Positions 48,179 through 61,118 of a stretch of 64,000 bases of DNA are shown here, one piece after another. The translations under genes and the position numbers were made by a program. The notes below the pieces were generated by a model. The model saw only the letters and a program-made list of their open reading frames with translations, did not search any database and had not been told where the DNA came from. The stretch lies in contig OZ316776.1 in NCBI GenBank assembly GCA_973851085.1, forward strand, positions 2,604,001 through 2,668,000, in the 5' to 3' direction. Position 1 is the stretch's first letter. Each line of letters opens with the position of its first letter. This DNA is from Ptychomitrium polyphyllum (taxonomy: Eukaryota).

Positions 48179-51100
48179 TTAGAACCTTCAGTATATTATT
48201 GTAGTTTCTTAGAATACTTTCAATGTTGCTATAGGTGTTTTCATGTCCTTGGAAAACTTCCTAAGAATATTCCATTACCTTAGAAAACTTCCTAGGATGG
48301 TTCTATCTCTTTCAGAAACTTCTTAAAAAGGTTCTATCATTTCAAGAAACTTTCTAGAAAGATTCCAACATCTTGGGAAGCTTCTCGAGAAGGTTCCATA
48401 AAATTCAAGGACATTCTTAGGCCTTGTAAGAAGCTTCTTTAAAAATATCCTAGAATATATAAGCATAATAGTATAAATAAGAGGCAAGACAAGGTATTCC
48501 TTAGTTTTGCCAACATAAGTTGTGGATCATATTGTATCTTGCCTTATTCTAGTCTTTATACCATGTTCTTATTAATTGTTAGCTCTTTAGAAGCTAATTC
48601 TTCATAAATACTTCATTTCTGCTTCTTGTTTCTTGTGTCCCTAACAATTTGGTAAGACTACTTTTTAATTTTGTTAGAGCTAAGGTTCTTTGAAGAAAAT
48701 TGTGGATTATCCATCTTTTTTAAGATTCCATAGCATCTTAGAGGTTGCGGATTATCTTCTTTTAAGCTGATATCATAAAGTTGATTTTTCCTTCTAAAAT
48801 CAAGTACTATTTCTTTTAAAGAAGCATCATCTTTCAAAAGATGTGGACTACCGTTCTTTGAAAGTATTCATAGTCTTCTTGTCTTTGATATTTTTAAATA
48901 ATGGATAACGTGCCTAGAACATCAGATAATAGATTTGCAACTATTGCAAACCTTCAAAAGTTATTAAACTTAGTACAAACGAAACTCGCTTGTTTCAATA
49001 CCATCAACAATTTAGAGCAACACACTTGGCAAGCTGAAGAATCCAATGGTGATATTCAAAGTCTATATCAAGAGGTTGTTCAATTGCAAGAGGCTAATAT
49101 TAGAAGAGAAGGCTTACATCAAAACCATGCAGAGCCAAACGTTAGCATGCCAAACAAGTTTGATGAATCAAGATTAAAGTTGAAAGGCTTTGTTCCACAA
49201 ATAAGGCTCTTCCCTAGTTTGCATTAATCTTGTTATCCTAATGGCACAATTCAAATGGAATTTGTAGCCACTATTCTATTAAACAATGCACTATTGTGGT
49301 TGGCACCATTAATGGAGAATCAATCACCATTATTAAACAACTTAGATGCTTTCATAAAAGAATTGATATCTACTTTTGAAGACACTGACCGAGAAATGGT
49401 GGCTGAAACAAGGATCCAAAGTTTAAAACAAGGACAGCGCTCGGCTGCTATATATGTTGCAGAGTTTTGACAACTAGCTTGCGACCTTAATTAGAATGAT
49501 ATGGTTTTAATCACACAATTCCAATAGGGCTTAAGAGAGAATATAAAGGATTTGTTACTCATTATGCCAAAGGTTGAAATGTTTGACGAATTCATCATTC
49601 AAGCAATAACATGTGACAATAGACTATTTGAAAGGCGCTTAAACAACACTTGGGATGGCGACTGGTACATCAAAGTATGGCTACCATTTCTTCAAAAGTA
49701 TTGGAAAGCCGACCATAAGGACCAACATCTATGTAAATTGATGCTGCCTAGTTTAGATGTCTGACTCTAGAAGAAAAAGAAAGGCGTCAAAGTGGAAACC
49801 TATGTTTGTATTGCAGCAAGTCTGGACATAAAGTGTGCAATAACCATATAAAAGGATCTGCCCTTAAGGCCCAAAACACAATGGTAAAGTTGGAAAATGA
49901 GGTTGTCCAGTCATAGTAGAGACCATGTGACTGGACACTACAAGAAAACAACTATCAAATAAAGGTCTCTTATTACCTCCAACCCCTACTCCTTACTTTA
50001 TATTTCCTATCAAAAATAAATTGTTAGATGATGAAATAGTTAGTGAAGCTTTTTTGGACATTGATGCAATGGCATGCTTCCTAGATAAAATTTTTGTAAC
50101 GAAATACAATATGGTACTTATGAACAAAAAACATCTTGCACCTGTTGAAGTTATTGATGGACAATTTCTTGCATCTAGCAATGTTATTGAAAGAACTCAA
50201 TCTTTTGAGGTTGTTTTAGGAAACCAAGCTTTTAAGATTGTCTTTAATATCATTCAATGCCAAAAAAAACCTATTGTCTTGGGCCTTCCTTGGTTTGAAT
50301 TATATAATCCAAACATTGATTGGCACTCACAAAGTGTGGTCTCAAGGAAAAAATGTTAAGGTACAAGAAATCTTAGACCATTATTTATTGGAGCTTAGGC
50401 ATTAATGGGAGTGGCAAGAGATAAACCAATATATATTATTTATGCCACACCAATGTCCGGCACTATAATAGAGATTAATCAAAACATACCTTGTCGATAT
50501 CAAGATTATATAGACGTTTTTGAGAAGACAAATGCGGACATATTACCAAAGCATCGGCCTTACAATTATGCCATTGAGTTGTAAGAAGGAGCCCAATTGC
50601 CTTTTGGACCTATTATAATCTATTCCAAACTAAGTTGAAAATTCTAAGAAGATATACTAATGAAAATCTTGGAAAGGGCTTCATCCAACATTCTAAATCA
50701 TTTATTGGAGCACCCATTCTATTTATAAAGAAGAAGGATGGATTATTAAGTATGTGCGTGGATTTTTAGGATTCCTACAACAACTTGGTCATGCAAAAAT
50801 ATTCACCAAGATTGATTTTAGGAAAGCCTATAATTTTGTACGCATCAAAGAAGAAAACAAATGGAAGATAACTTTTTGATCTAGAAATGGTCATTTTGAA
50901 TACAATGTCATGCCTTTTGGCCTTATTAATGCCCCTGCAGTCTTTCAAAAAATGATGAATGATATCTTCCATAAACACTTGGACAATTTTGTAGTCATCT
51001 ACTTGGATGGCATTTTGATATATTCAAAGGATGAATAAGACCACAAATGTCATGTACAATTGGTCTTAGAATAACTATGCTAGCGAGGATTGTATGCCAA

Positions 51101-54100
51101 ATTGGAAAAGTTTTTTTTTCATGAATCTTTGATTGAATTTTTAAGCTATATTATCTCCAAAAGAAGAATCCATATAAATGAAAAGAAAATAAGCATTGTC
51201 ATGGAGTGGAATACGCTAAGATCAGTTCGAGATATTCAATGTTGCTTGGAATTTGCAAACTTCTACAAGATATTTATCAAGAATTATTCCAAGATTGCAA
51301 CACCATTGACACAAGTTACGGGGAAGCAAAAATTCACTTGGAATGAAGAGGTGAAAGAATATTTCAAGGTCTTAAGAAATCATTCATGTCAGCTCCAATT
51401 TTTATTCATCCAAATCCATCAAAGCCTTTATATTTGGAAGCAATGCCTCAGATTTTGCACTTGGCTCAATACTCTCACAATATGATGTAGACAAGAGACT
51501 CCATCTTATTGCTTTTTGTTCAAGGAATTTCTCAGCGGTAGAGATCAACTATGATATACATGATAAGGAATTATTTGTAATTGTGGGTGCGTTTGAAAGA
51601 TGGAAGCACTTGTTGGAAGGAGTTCAACATATCATCACAATATATATAGACTACAAGAACTTAGAATATTTCATGAGTGTGCGCATTCTAAATTGCTGTC
51701 AAGTAAGGTGGAGTATATTGTTTTCAAGATTTGAGTTTGTTATTATCTATTGACCTGGTAGCCTACAAAGTAAGTTAGATGTCTTATCTCGAAAATCTTA
51801 TTTAGCTTCCCAACCTGGAGAAATGATGATTTAAATCAATAAATGACTATTTGATTGAAGCCTCAAAATCTTCAATTGAAATTGGCAATTATGACCACAA
51901 CATTCCATCTTGACAAAATTTGAAGGGCCTTAAAGAATGATGTCTTTGTTTCAAATATAAAGAGGCACTTCAAAAATAATAGAGATTTTTTAAATAATAT
52001 TGAAGATTTTAAATTCCAAGAGGGCTTACATTATTATAAAAGACTTTTGTACCTACCTTGAGATCCTTTGCGAGTGAAGATCCTTCAAGGACATCATGAT
52101 TTTCCAGCAGCAGGGCATTTTGGATTCAATAAAACAGTGGAACTAATTGCTAGAAACTATTGGTGGCTACAAATTTGGAAATACGTGAAGGACTTTGTTC
52201 GATCATGTGATACTTATGCAAAGGCTAAGGTACCAAGGCACCAACCTCATGGTCTCCTTCATCCACTTCTAGTGCCAAAGGGCCCATGGTTGTCATTGTA
52301 AATGGATTTTATCACAGACCTTCCAAACTCCAATTTTAAAGATTCTATTTTAATTGTGGTGGATTGATTTACCAAGATGACACATTTCATTCCATGCAAC
52401 AAGACGGTAATGGGAGAAGAAACTGCCAAGTTATTCCTAAATCACGTTTATTGCATACATAGACTACCAAATGATATTGTATTCAATCAAAGGCCGCAAT
52501 TCATTTCCAACTTTTGGAGGCCTCTATTCTAATTGTTGTGCATGAAGATTAACCTTTCTTCAACATACCATCTATAAACTAATGGTCAAACTGAATGTAT
52601 AAATTAAAATTTAAAGCGGTACCTTTGTTGCAATATAAACCTCTAGCAAAACAACTGAATGGACCATATACCTTTGACAAATTTTGCTTACAAGAATATA
52701 ATGCATTCTTCAACAACTCAAAGTCTATTCTTTGCAAACTATGGCCTTCATCCTCAAGCAGATCCATTTCACATCAAGCATATTGGAAGTCCTACAGCAG
52801 AGGATTTTGCAATTCAACTTGCTAAAATTCACCAAGAATTTGCTTTCCACTTACAACAAGCTCAAGATTGTTATAAAACTTATGCAGATTGTCATCAGAA
52901 GGACCATCCAAAGTTCAAGGTTGGAAATAGCGTATGGCTCCTACAACAAAACATACAAACAAAAAGACCGTCGAAGAAGCTGAACTATCTAAGGCTAGAA
53001 CCGTTTGAAATTAGCACACAAATAAATCCGGTTAGCTATTGCTTCAAATTACCATCAACCATGCAAATTCATTTAGTGTTCCACATATTGTTGTTAAAAA
53101 CTTACAACAAGTCATGTATACTTAAAAGAGTTGTCTCTACATTATCGTGCTGTAAATAATTTTATGGCTTAAAACTTAGTTAATATGTATTATTTTGTGG
53201 ATTTTGATTTATTATCTTTCATAAAGAAGTACTAGGATGAAAAGAAAAGTTAGGTGAAAATGATCTTTGTAAAACCACGATTTTGAGTATCTTGGAAAAG
53301 AATTGCATTTTGCCTTAGCTCAGGGTGAAGTCGCTGATTGACTGTGTTATTTTCCTGCCTGCCGTTTTCATTAGTAGTACTAAGCCAAGTACTACCATCC
53401 CAGTCAATGAATCCAACAAGAATCAAACTTGGACTGGTTCTGTACCTGGAATTTATCCAGTCAACCAAGCTCGTGGCTTAGTGTTTGATTTTGCCTCAAT
53501 AATGACTTTATGTTCACTAAACTTCAATTTTTTTTCTATTTTCTTCTTTTTATTTTAGTTTTAGTTTTTTACTTTAGATTTGTGAGGATTGATTTTGTCT
53601 TCTTTTGTAGTTTGAAACTAGAAATTTCAACCACAGAGAAAGAAAAGAAAGAAAAGAAAAATAAAAGATTACATATGGATTTAGGATTGGTTTTAATGAT
53701 GATATGGAGAGATAAGGGCCTTATGTGGAAAGATAAGGGCTGACGTGAAAAAATAAGGAGTAGATGTGGTGGTTTGACCACCACCTTCTTCTTCTCTCTT
53801 GGCCTCTCCCACTTGTTACTTAAACTAGTCCTTCCTTCAACTATATCTCATAGTGTACTTCTTAATTTTAGTTGATTTTTGTTGTATTTTATTTTTTTCT
53901 TTATTAGCTCTTCTAATTGTTAATACACGTTCCATTTGGAATTAGTATGTGACCGTGGCTCTAGTTTGAGTGAAGTTGGGTTAGGTGCCTTGAGTTTCAA
54001 GGAACAATTGCTTTGGATGCTTATAACTTTTTGTATATTTTTAAATTGGTAATGAAATTTGAAGAGTAATATTTCGACTACTTCAAAAAGATATTGTAAA

Positions 54101-56048
54101 TATTTGGAGAATTAAAGGCTTGTATATTGGAAGATATAGGAAAAAATTATAGTCGAGACTAGGAGAGCTATATACAATAGAGTTGAGGTTGTACATTTTG
54201 GACCATAAGAGAGGATTGAAGGAATTTTTGAAATTGATATCTTGGTGAAATGTTTATTATAAGATGAGTAATATGTATGTAAATTTTCAAATCTAAATTA
54301 GTAATAGATAAAAAGTTATAAAGTAGTAAAGTAGAAGGGGTCCACAAGCTATGGGAGTGGGAAGTAAGAACTTTGAAAGCATAATAACTATGGTTATGAA
54401 ATTTTTGCCATAGTTTTGTAAATGCCTTAAAAACATAATGTCAATATATCAAGTTCATTAAATTCTTATAATAAGAAATATGAACAAATTTATAAGTGGG
54501 TTTATGATGGCAATATGTAGTTATGGTTTGGATTTGGGTTGTAATCTTTACAAAGCTTAAAAAAGAAGATCAAAGAACTCTTTCACTTAAATGACTAGGT
54601 AATTACCATCTTGTCAACTTATTGAGTGATCAGTAATAGCTAGAGGCCCAATGCTTTCTCAAAGCAAGGCTCTTTTACCACAACACCGCTTCCTTTTATA
54701 TTAATCAATAATGAAATGGAGTATGAAGTCGAAGAGTTCATAGATTCATACATCAAAAATGGATGTATAGAGTATCTAATACATTGGCAAGGATATGGCA
54801 TCAATGACCAAACATGAAAACCTTTAATGAACATAACAAATACATTTGACGAGGTATGCAAATTTCATCGAAGATATCCCCAAAAACCAAGTCAATAATG
54901 ACGTGTTATTGATATCCATTAGCTTTACAAAGAAGTTTTTCCTATAGACAAGTATAAGAAAAGAAGAGAGATATCCAAACCTCCAGTTGTATGCAACATT
55001 ATTTCCAAAATAGATCATCTCTAAATCTTAGCCAGTATGTCAAATCTTTGTATTATCATGGATATGTACGAAGAGCAATCGGCCATGCCTTCTTTAATAA
55101 CAGCATCTGTTGAGCCAATTCAACTTTCTTAGCCTTTAATAATAGAGGATTTAAGCCAAGATATAAGAGAGACATTCCAATGTTGAGTGTGACCTTGTGC
55201 AGAAGTATTGGCTATTTGCCCTTCACATTCTACTCTTGATTCAGATGCTTGCGCTTTAGTCATCTTGTTAGAAGCTAAAAGAAACACTCCTAGAGGACCC
55301 GAGATTCTGTTTAGAGGATGTTTTGATGGACTTAATCAACATTAAATCTTGGATTAGAACATTTCAACAATATGAATCTTGGCTAGTGGTTATTGGCATT
55401 TCTTACAAAAACCAGTTGAACCAGTGGGTAAAGAACAACAAGCAAAATATGTTGCTCCTCTTCTTCGACAAATTTTAGAATTTGTAAAGATGTGACAAGC
55501 AAACTACAAGAAGAGCTCTTTATGAGACTTGTCGGTAAAGAAAGAGGCAATGTCACGGACATGGATCATGCAACATAGTCTTTAGAATCTTATAGAACCT
55601 TCTAGTATATTATAGTAGTTTCTTAGAATACTTTCAATGTCGCTATAGCCGTTTTCATGTCCTTAGAAAACTTCCTAAGAAGGTTCCACTACCTTAGAAA
55701 ACTTCCTATGATGGTTCTATCTCCTTCAAAAACTTCTTAAGAAGGTTCTATCATTTCAAGAAACTTCCTAGAAAGATTCCGACATCTTAGGAAGGTTCCA
55801 TAGACTTCTAGAACATTCTTAGACCTTGTAAGAAACTTCTTTAGAAATATCCTAGAATATACAAGCATAATAGTATAAATAAGAGGCAAGACAAGGTATT
55901 CCTTAGTCTTGCCAATACAAGTTGTGGATCATATTGTATCTTACTTTGTTCTAGTCTTTGTACTAAGTTCTTGTTAATCATTAGCTCTTTACAAGCTAAT
56001 TCTTAATAAACACTTCATTTTTGCTTTATGTTTCTTGTGTCCTTAATA
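48179..56048 (+). mobile_element. Inner degenerate Ty3/Gypsy chromovirus (5'-truncated 5' LTR ~48179-48646; 3' LTR 55551-56048)
   Basis: Gag 48901-49900 (SMPNKFDESR, IQSLKQGQRSAAIYVAEF), protease 50021-50359 (AFLDIDA, IVLGLPW), RT ~50600-51400 (LYAKLEKFFF, IEFLSYII), integrase 52068-53140 (HDFPAAGHFGFNKT, RNYWW, GPY/LEPFEI), chromodomain ~54710-54880 (EYEVEEFIDS..IEYLIHWQGYG), and PPT AAAGAAAGAGGCAA before TGTCACGGAC at 55551. Confidence 0.88.
53160..54630 (-). mobile_element. Fragment of a second repeat family (possible gag-protease region of another retroelement) inserted between integrase and chromodomain of the inner element
   Basis: 53270-53390 aligns by eye with 48060-48178, and ~53510-54240 aligns with ~56080-56830. 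A minus-strand frame reads AWLTG*IPGTEPVQV*FLLDS, resembling a retropepsin active-site region. Confidence 0.5.
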
Positions 56049-57987
56049 GATTCTACTTCGACAATGATATTATTATTAACTTGTCTCCTATTAAATTTCA
56101 ATCTTTTTCCTATTTTTTTATTTTTTATTTTTAGTTTTTTAGTTCCTATTTTAGATCTTCAAAGGTTGAATTTGTCTTCTTTTGTAGTTTGAACCTAGAA
56201 AATTTTAATCAAAAAAAAAAAAAAAAAACAAAAACAAAAGAAAAGAATTTGAGTTGTTTTTTATTTGAAGATATGATTAAATAAGAGCTTGATAAAGGAG
56301 ATTAGGGACTAATGTGGAGAGATAAAGTTGATATGGACTGATAAGGGGTGGATGTGGTGATTTGACCATCGCCCTCTTCTTCTCTCTTGGCCATTGTCAC
56401 TTAAATAAGAAAGCAGCCTTTCTTTCAATGATATCTCATTATACTTTTCTTAGTTTGAGTTGATTTTTGTTGGATTTTTTTTCTTCTCTTGTGAGCTTTT
56501 AAAAAACCATCACATGTTCCTTTTGAAGTTTGTATGTGACAATTGCACTTTCATTGCACAAATATAGTTTGAATAAACTTTAATCAATTGCCTTGAGTTT
56601 TTGAAATCAGCTACTTTGAATGCTTATAACTCTTTGTAGAAATGGTTTTTTATTATAAAAATTATAGGATGACATTGTGACTACTTGAAAATAATGGTGT
56701 AGAAATTTTGAGAGTAATAGATTTTTACAATAGAAAATTTAAGGGAAAATGTAATCGGGTTTTGAAAGCAGTGCACAGCAAAGCTTGAAGTTTTATATTT
56801 TGAGCTATTAGAAATGATTGTTATAACTCCTAAACTCCCCTTCCTCCCTCTCCCTTATTTCATAATTCTGTAACTTCTTTTCTACAATAATTTATATATC
56901 AAACTTTATCCACATACTATCTATCTTACAATAAATATTTCATCAAAATATCAAAAAGTAGAATCATTGATAAAAACTTAGGTTATTTTTAAGATGGGAG
57001 AAAGAAAAGTTGGAAAGTAGAAATCAAAGATGTAGATATAGCTAATAAATAATTAGAAATTGTTGTTTTTATTAAAAAATATAAGTTATATAAAAAAAAC
57101 TTGTGCTTGATTAATTAGATGCAAAAAGACCCAACGTTTCTTATTGCAACTACTCTTACCACAACAACATAAGGCTTTTCTTCCAATATTGGCATCTTGT
57201 AAATAAATAACTTTTTAATATAGACTTTGAATATCACCATGGATTCTTCAAGCTGATGAGTGTACTGCTCCAAATTATTAGTAGTGTTAAAACAAACAAG
57301 CTCTATTCAAATTGTATTTAATAATTTTTAAAAGTTTGCAATAATTGCAAATTTGTTCTTTGATGTTCATGGCATATTATTCATACTTAAACCAATAAGT
57401 TTTATGAATAAAGATGAAGAAAATAAAAACAAATAAGTAACTTAGAAGAGGCTAATTCGCAATTTCTAAGGATCTTTTTTATCTTTATGAAAAAAACTTA
57501 CATACTTAGGACTGTCAGAAACAAAAAGACTATCAATACCTTTAAAAAAAGGTAATCCACGTCCTTTGAAAGATTAATCATTTTTTAAAAGAAATAGCAC
57601 TTGCTTTTAGAAGAAGAAATCAATTATTGATGTTAGCTTGAAGAAAGGTAATCCGCAACCTTCAAAACTCTTTAGGATTCTAAAAAAGATAAAAAATCCA
57701 CTATCTTCTTCAAAGAAATCTTAGCTCTGACAACCATAAGAAGTAATCTTGTCAAATTATTAAGGATATAAGAAACAAGAAGCAGACACAAAGTAATTCC
57801 CCAAGAATAAGCTTCTAAAGAGCTAATGATTAACAATAATTGATACAAAGACTAAAACAATGGCATGATACAATATGATTTACAACTTGTATTGGCAAGA
57901 CTAAGATACACCTTGTTTTGCCTCCTATTCATACTATGATGCTTGTATTTCCTAAAATACTTTTAAAATACTTTTAAAAGAACATAC

Positions 57988-58346
57988 TGTTATAAATAGA
58001 ATAACTATAATACAAGGCTTTAGGATTCTAGGATGTGGAACAAAATATGTTCAAGGTATATTAGAGGTAAAGACCTATAACAAGGTACAAAGACAAGGCC
58101 AAAAGGTCTAAGTTAGACCACAAGAGGTGCGTTGTTAAGACTGAACCTCCTTTCAGCTTAGACTCTTATATATACAAGAATTACAAGCCTTGGAAGCTTC
58201 TTGGGAAGCTTCTACTACGTTACTTTGTACTCAAGCAAGCTTGAGTTGTTTGCTTGGAAGCTTTCTAAGCCAAAATTATTTCCTTAGAAGCTTCTTAAAC
58301 CTTCTAAGAAGCTTTTTAGATGCTTCTAATATGTATGTTTGTGATA
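57988..58346 (-). mobile_element. Solo LTR of a different family inserted in the 5' LTR of the outer element
   Basis: TGTTATA...TTTGTGATA termini (TG..CA type, one end mutated), internal TATATATA, and GAAGCTTC-rich repeats. The host LTR continues on both sides. Confidence 0.7.
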
Positions 58347-58581
58347 CTTTTTGTGAAGATTAAGAATGTTTAAGAAATTTATGAAACCTTCTTAAGAAGT
58401 TTTTCAAAGAGGTGGAATGGCTATGGACGCATTGAAAATATACTAAAAAATTATTATAATGTATTTGAAGGTTCTAGCAGATTCTAAAGACTATGTTGTA
58501 TGATCTATATCTGTGACAATGACAATTATAATATATGAGTAGGTTACAATGGCTATTTAATTATGCATTGATTATTGTTTA

Positions 58582-59725
58582 TATCGCGCACCTCTCTTTG
58601 AGGAGTGCCCGCAACACTAAGGGCACAAGGGGAACCCTGGAGTGACGTCCGGGACTTGTGGCACCGATAGTGAAGGAAACCAAGTGAGCCTAGCGTGGAA
58701 AGAACCCCTAAGGGGGAGAAACATCCTTACCCATGTAGACCAAGGGCCACAAGGGATAGATGGCTGGCATTAGAAGAATCACAAAGAGCTGATTCTAGAA
58801 TGCTAAAGATTGTCCAAATCGGACAAGAAAGCTAAAAGTTATGGCATCCCAAAGTTGGGGTTGCCAAGGGGCTGTTCTGGAGTGTGGCAGCCCCACACAG
58901 TGATTGTACTGGAGTGGGACAATCCAGGGAGGGACTCCCCGGGAGTCCCGAACCTTGGGAGAGGCGTATTTTCCACAATACTAATTCAAATCGGACGTTT
59001 GAGGAATTTGTCGGCATCTACGCAAAAAGTAGATGACGATAGAGTAGTCGCTTGATACATTCGAGCACCGGATGAGGAAGATATGGCTCCCTGAAGGTCA
59101 GCTGGGAGTCCCGGAGGCTTCTAGCGGCTAAGTTCCAAGGGAGATCGGGTGGTCTTCCAAAACTCTAGATGTATCGGGGTTCAGCCAGCTACAGAGGGCC
59201 AGGGGGCCTGCCGAATCCCACAGAGAGTACTATAAGGGAGGGCTGGTCCCCCTCCCACTCCCTTAGTGTCCCGGTAGAGACTAAGGGTGAGTCCCGGCTG
59301 GTGGAGCTAGTGTTGGGGCTTCACCACGGGGGCTCCCACACCATTGTAAGCCGGTGGACGGCCGGTTTCACAAAGGGAACTAGCACGTTCAAAAGGGTAC
59401 GCTTGTTACCACTAAGTTGGGGTGGTGTTTTCACGCCGGCACCATGATGGCCCGGGGTGATTTTAGGATCACATGGGCATCATGAGTGGTGGTGAGGAGA
59501 CACCACTAAGTGCAGTTAGGCCGTGTGGAATGGGAGTAACACCAAGGAGGCCTTGGACATGAATGGAAGTCCGCACCTAACCATTGGCTACTAATAAATT
59601 GGGTGTCCTAAGAGAAATGGTAAAAAGACTTGGAAAGTGAAAATGGGGGTTAACCATGTGCATGTGGAGGTGTACAGGGTTGACGCGCGTAAGGCTTGTT
59701 AAGGTGTATTACAAGAGTTGCGACA
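58582..59725. mobile_element. GC-rich ~1.14-kb solo LTR with perfect 5-bp TSD
   Basis: GTTTA | TATCGC ... GCGACA | GTTTA: terminal inverted repeat T(G>A)TCGC/GCGACA and exact target-site duplication. Abrupt GC shift at both ends. Confidence 0.82.
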
Positions 59726-61118
59726 GTTTAACATATAAGGCTTTTGTCCACATATAACAATATCATAATATCTAATAGGAATTACATTTGAATGTCCATA
59801 TCCTTTAATGATTACAAGCATTGAATTTTTGGTGAATTCTTTTTTTGAATTATACTAAAATAAGCAATAAGAAAATCAAAATATTACAAAAAGATTACAA
59901 GTCTTAAATTTTAAAGTGAAAAATGTACAAACAAGAAGGAAAAAAACATAAAATCAATTATATATAGTAAGTGTCAACAACCATTGTGCATCTTCTACAA
60001 TTGTTGAAGATCACATTTACTACACAAAGTACCACTATTATGGAATTCAAATCAATCAAATAAACATAATTCCATTCAAAAGTACATAACTTAGTTTCAA
60101 ACAATGATATAACCAACAACAATAAATATTTACTACAGCACACAATTGTCTTTCCATCTTACCTAATGTATAGTAAATATTGTAAACCCTATACAATATT
60201 TCAATAAATACAAAAAGTACACTCTTTTCTAAGTGATTGAATTTACTTCAAAGTTCTCCACAATAAAGTCTACATTCCATATTACTTATGGACTTGCAAA
60301 TACACATCATACTCAAGGGCAATCATCAAATGTAAAATCACAAAACAAATCATTATGATCCATCACGCGCTTGAGGGGCTTAGCAAGGAGCCCCTGTTGC
60401 CACCCCTCCGAGAAGTAGATTACTCCAACTCATCTAGGAATCATCAAAATGCCAGAAGTAGAATCTTGGTGGAATGGAGATGGGAACTGCATGCACCTTC
60501 CAGTAAAATTAGAAAAAGGAAACACAGAAAAAGGAAAAGAAAAGGAGAGAAAGAAATGAATAACATGTGGTGCACGAGGGTCCACCGCATTGCTTCGCCG
60601 GGCTCCTCACGTTCCCCGTTATGGCGCAACCAGTCGTGCACACATTGCCACGTCGAAAGTACCAAACAAATTTCACCGTCGAAAAAGTGCTAAAAGACAT
60701 ATCCTAGAATCTTCGAAAGGTTCCGAACCCGGAGAGAGGAAACTTCGATGACATCCAGATACTTAACTACGATACCCTGTAATGACATGCTTACACCCCG
60801 CCATACTAGGCCAACACCTGTGTGATACTCAGGATCTGGAATCGGAGATTGTGGAATCTTATGTGAGGACCTCCGGATGGTGCACGTTTTTTTGGTTTTC
60901 CTTGTTACTGTGCAGTTTGTTTCCATTTTGTTTGCTAATTTTGCAAGTAAAACTGGCAGTCCGGGTGTCTGGAGGCCGTGCACTCTCAGGTTTGCGTGGA
61001 GTTGTTGCAGCAAGCAGGGCAATTCAGCGGGGTGGTCGAAGTTTGGGAGCGTTTGCGAAGTTGTGGTGTTTGGCACAGTGAAGGCGTGTTTGTGAGGCTT
61101 CAGTGAAAAGGGAGCGAC

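Larger units (their letters stand above)
42058..58518 (-). mobile_element. Outer degenerate Ty3/Gypsy chromovirus LTR retrotransposon (5' LTR 57758-58518, 3' LTR 42058-43032), interrupted by nested insertions
   Basis: Minus strand: PBS-position ATTTGACAAGAT next to the 5' LTR and gag start at ~57384 (MNNMP*TS, homologous to MDNVPRTS of the inner element). Gag resumes ~48000-47190 (degenerate zinc knuckle LWLYCGKFGYKIYNC), then protease 46778-47173 (ILDTSA), RT 45629-46450 (LFGLINAPTVFQ, EFLGYII), RNaseH/integrase ~44000-45600, chromodomain 43771-43965 (EYKAEEILDSR..VKYLFYWQGY) and PPT 43033-43045. The two LTRs share diagnostic words (GTGGAATGGCTATGGA, GGCATGATACAATATGAT). Flanks ATGTT/ATGAC are only a weak TSD. 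Many stops and frameshifts. Confidence 0.8.
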
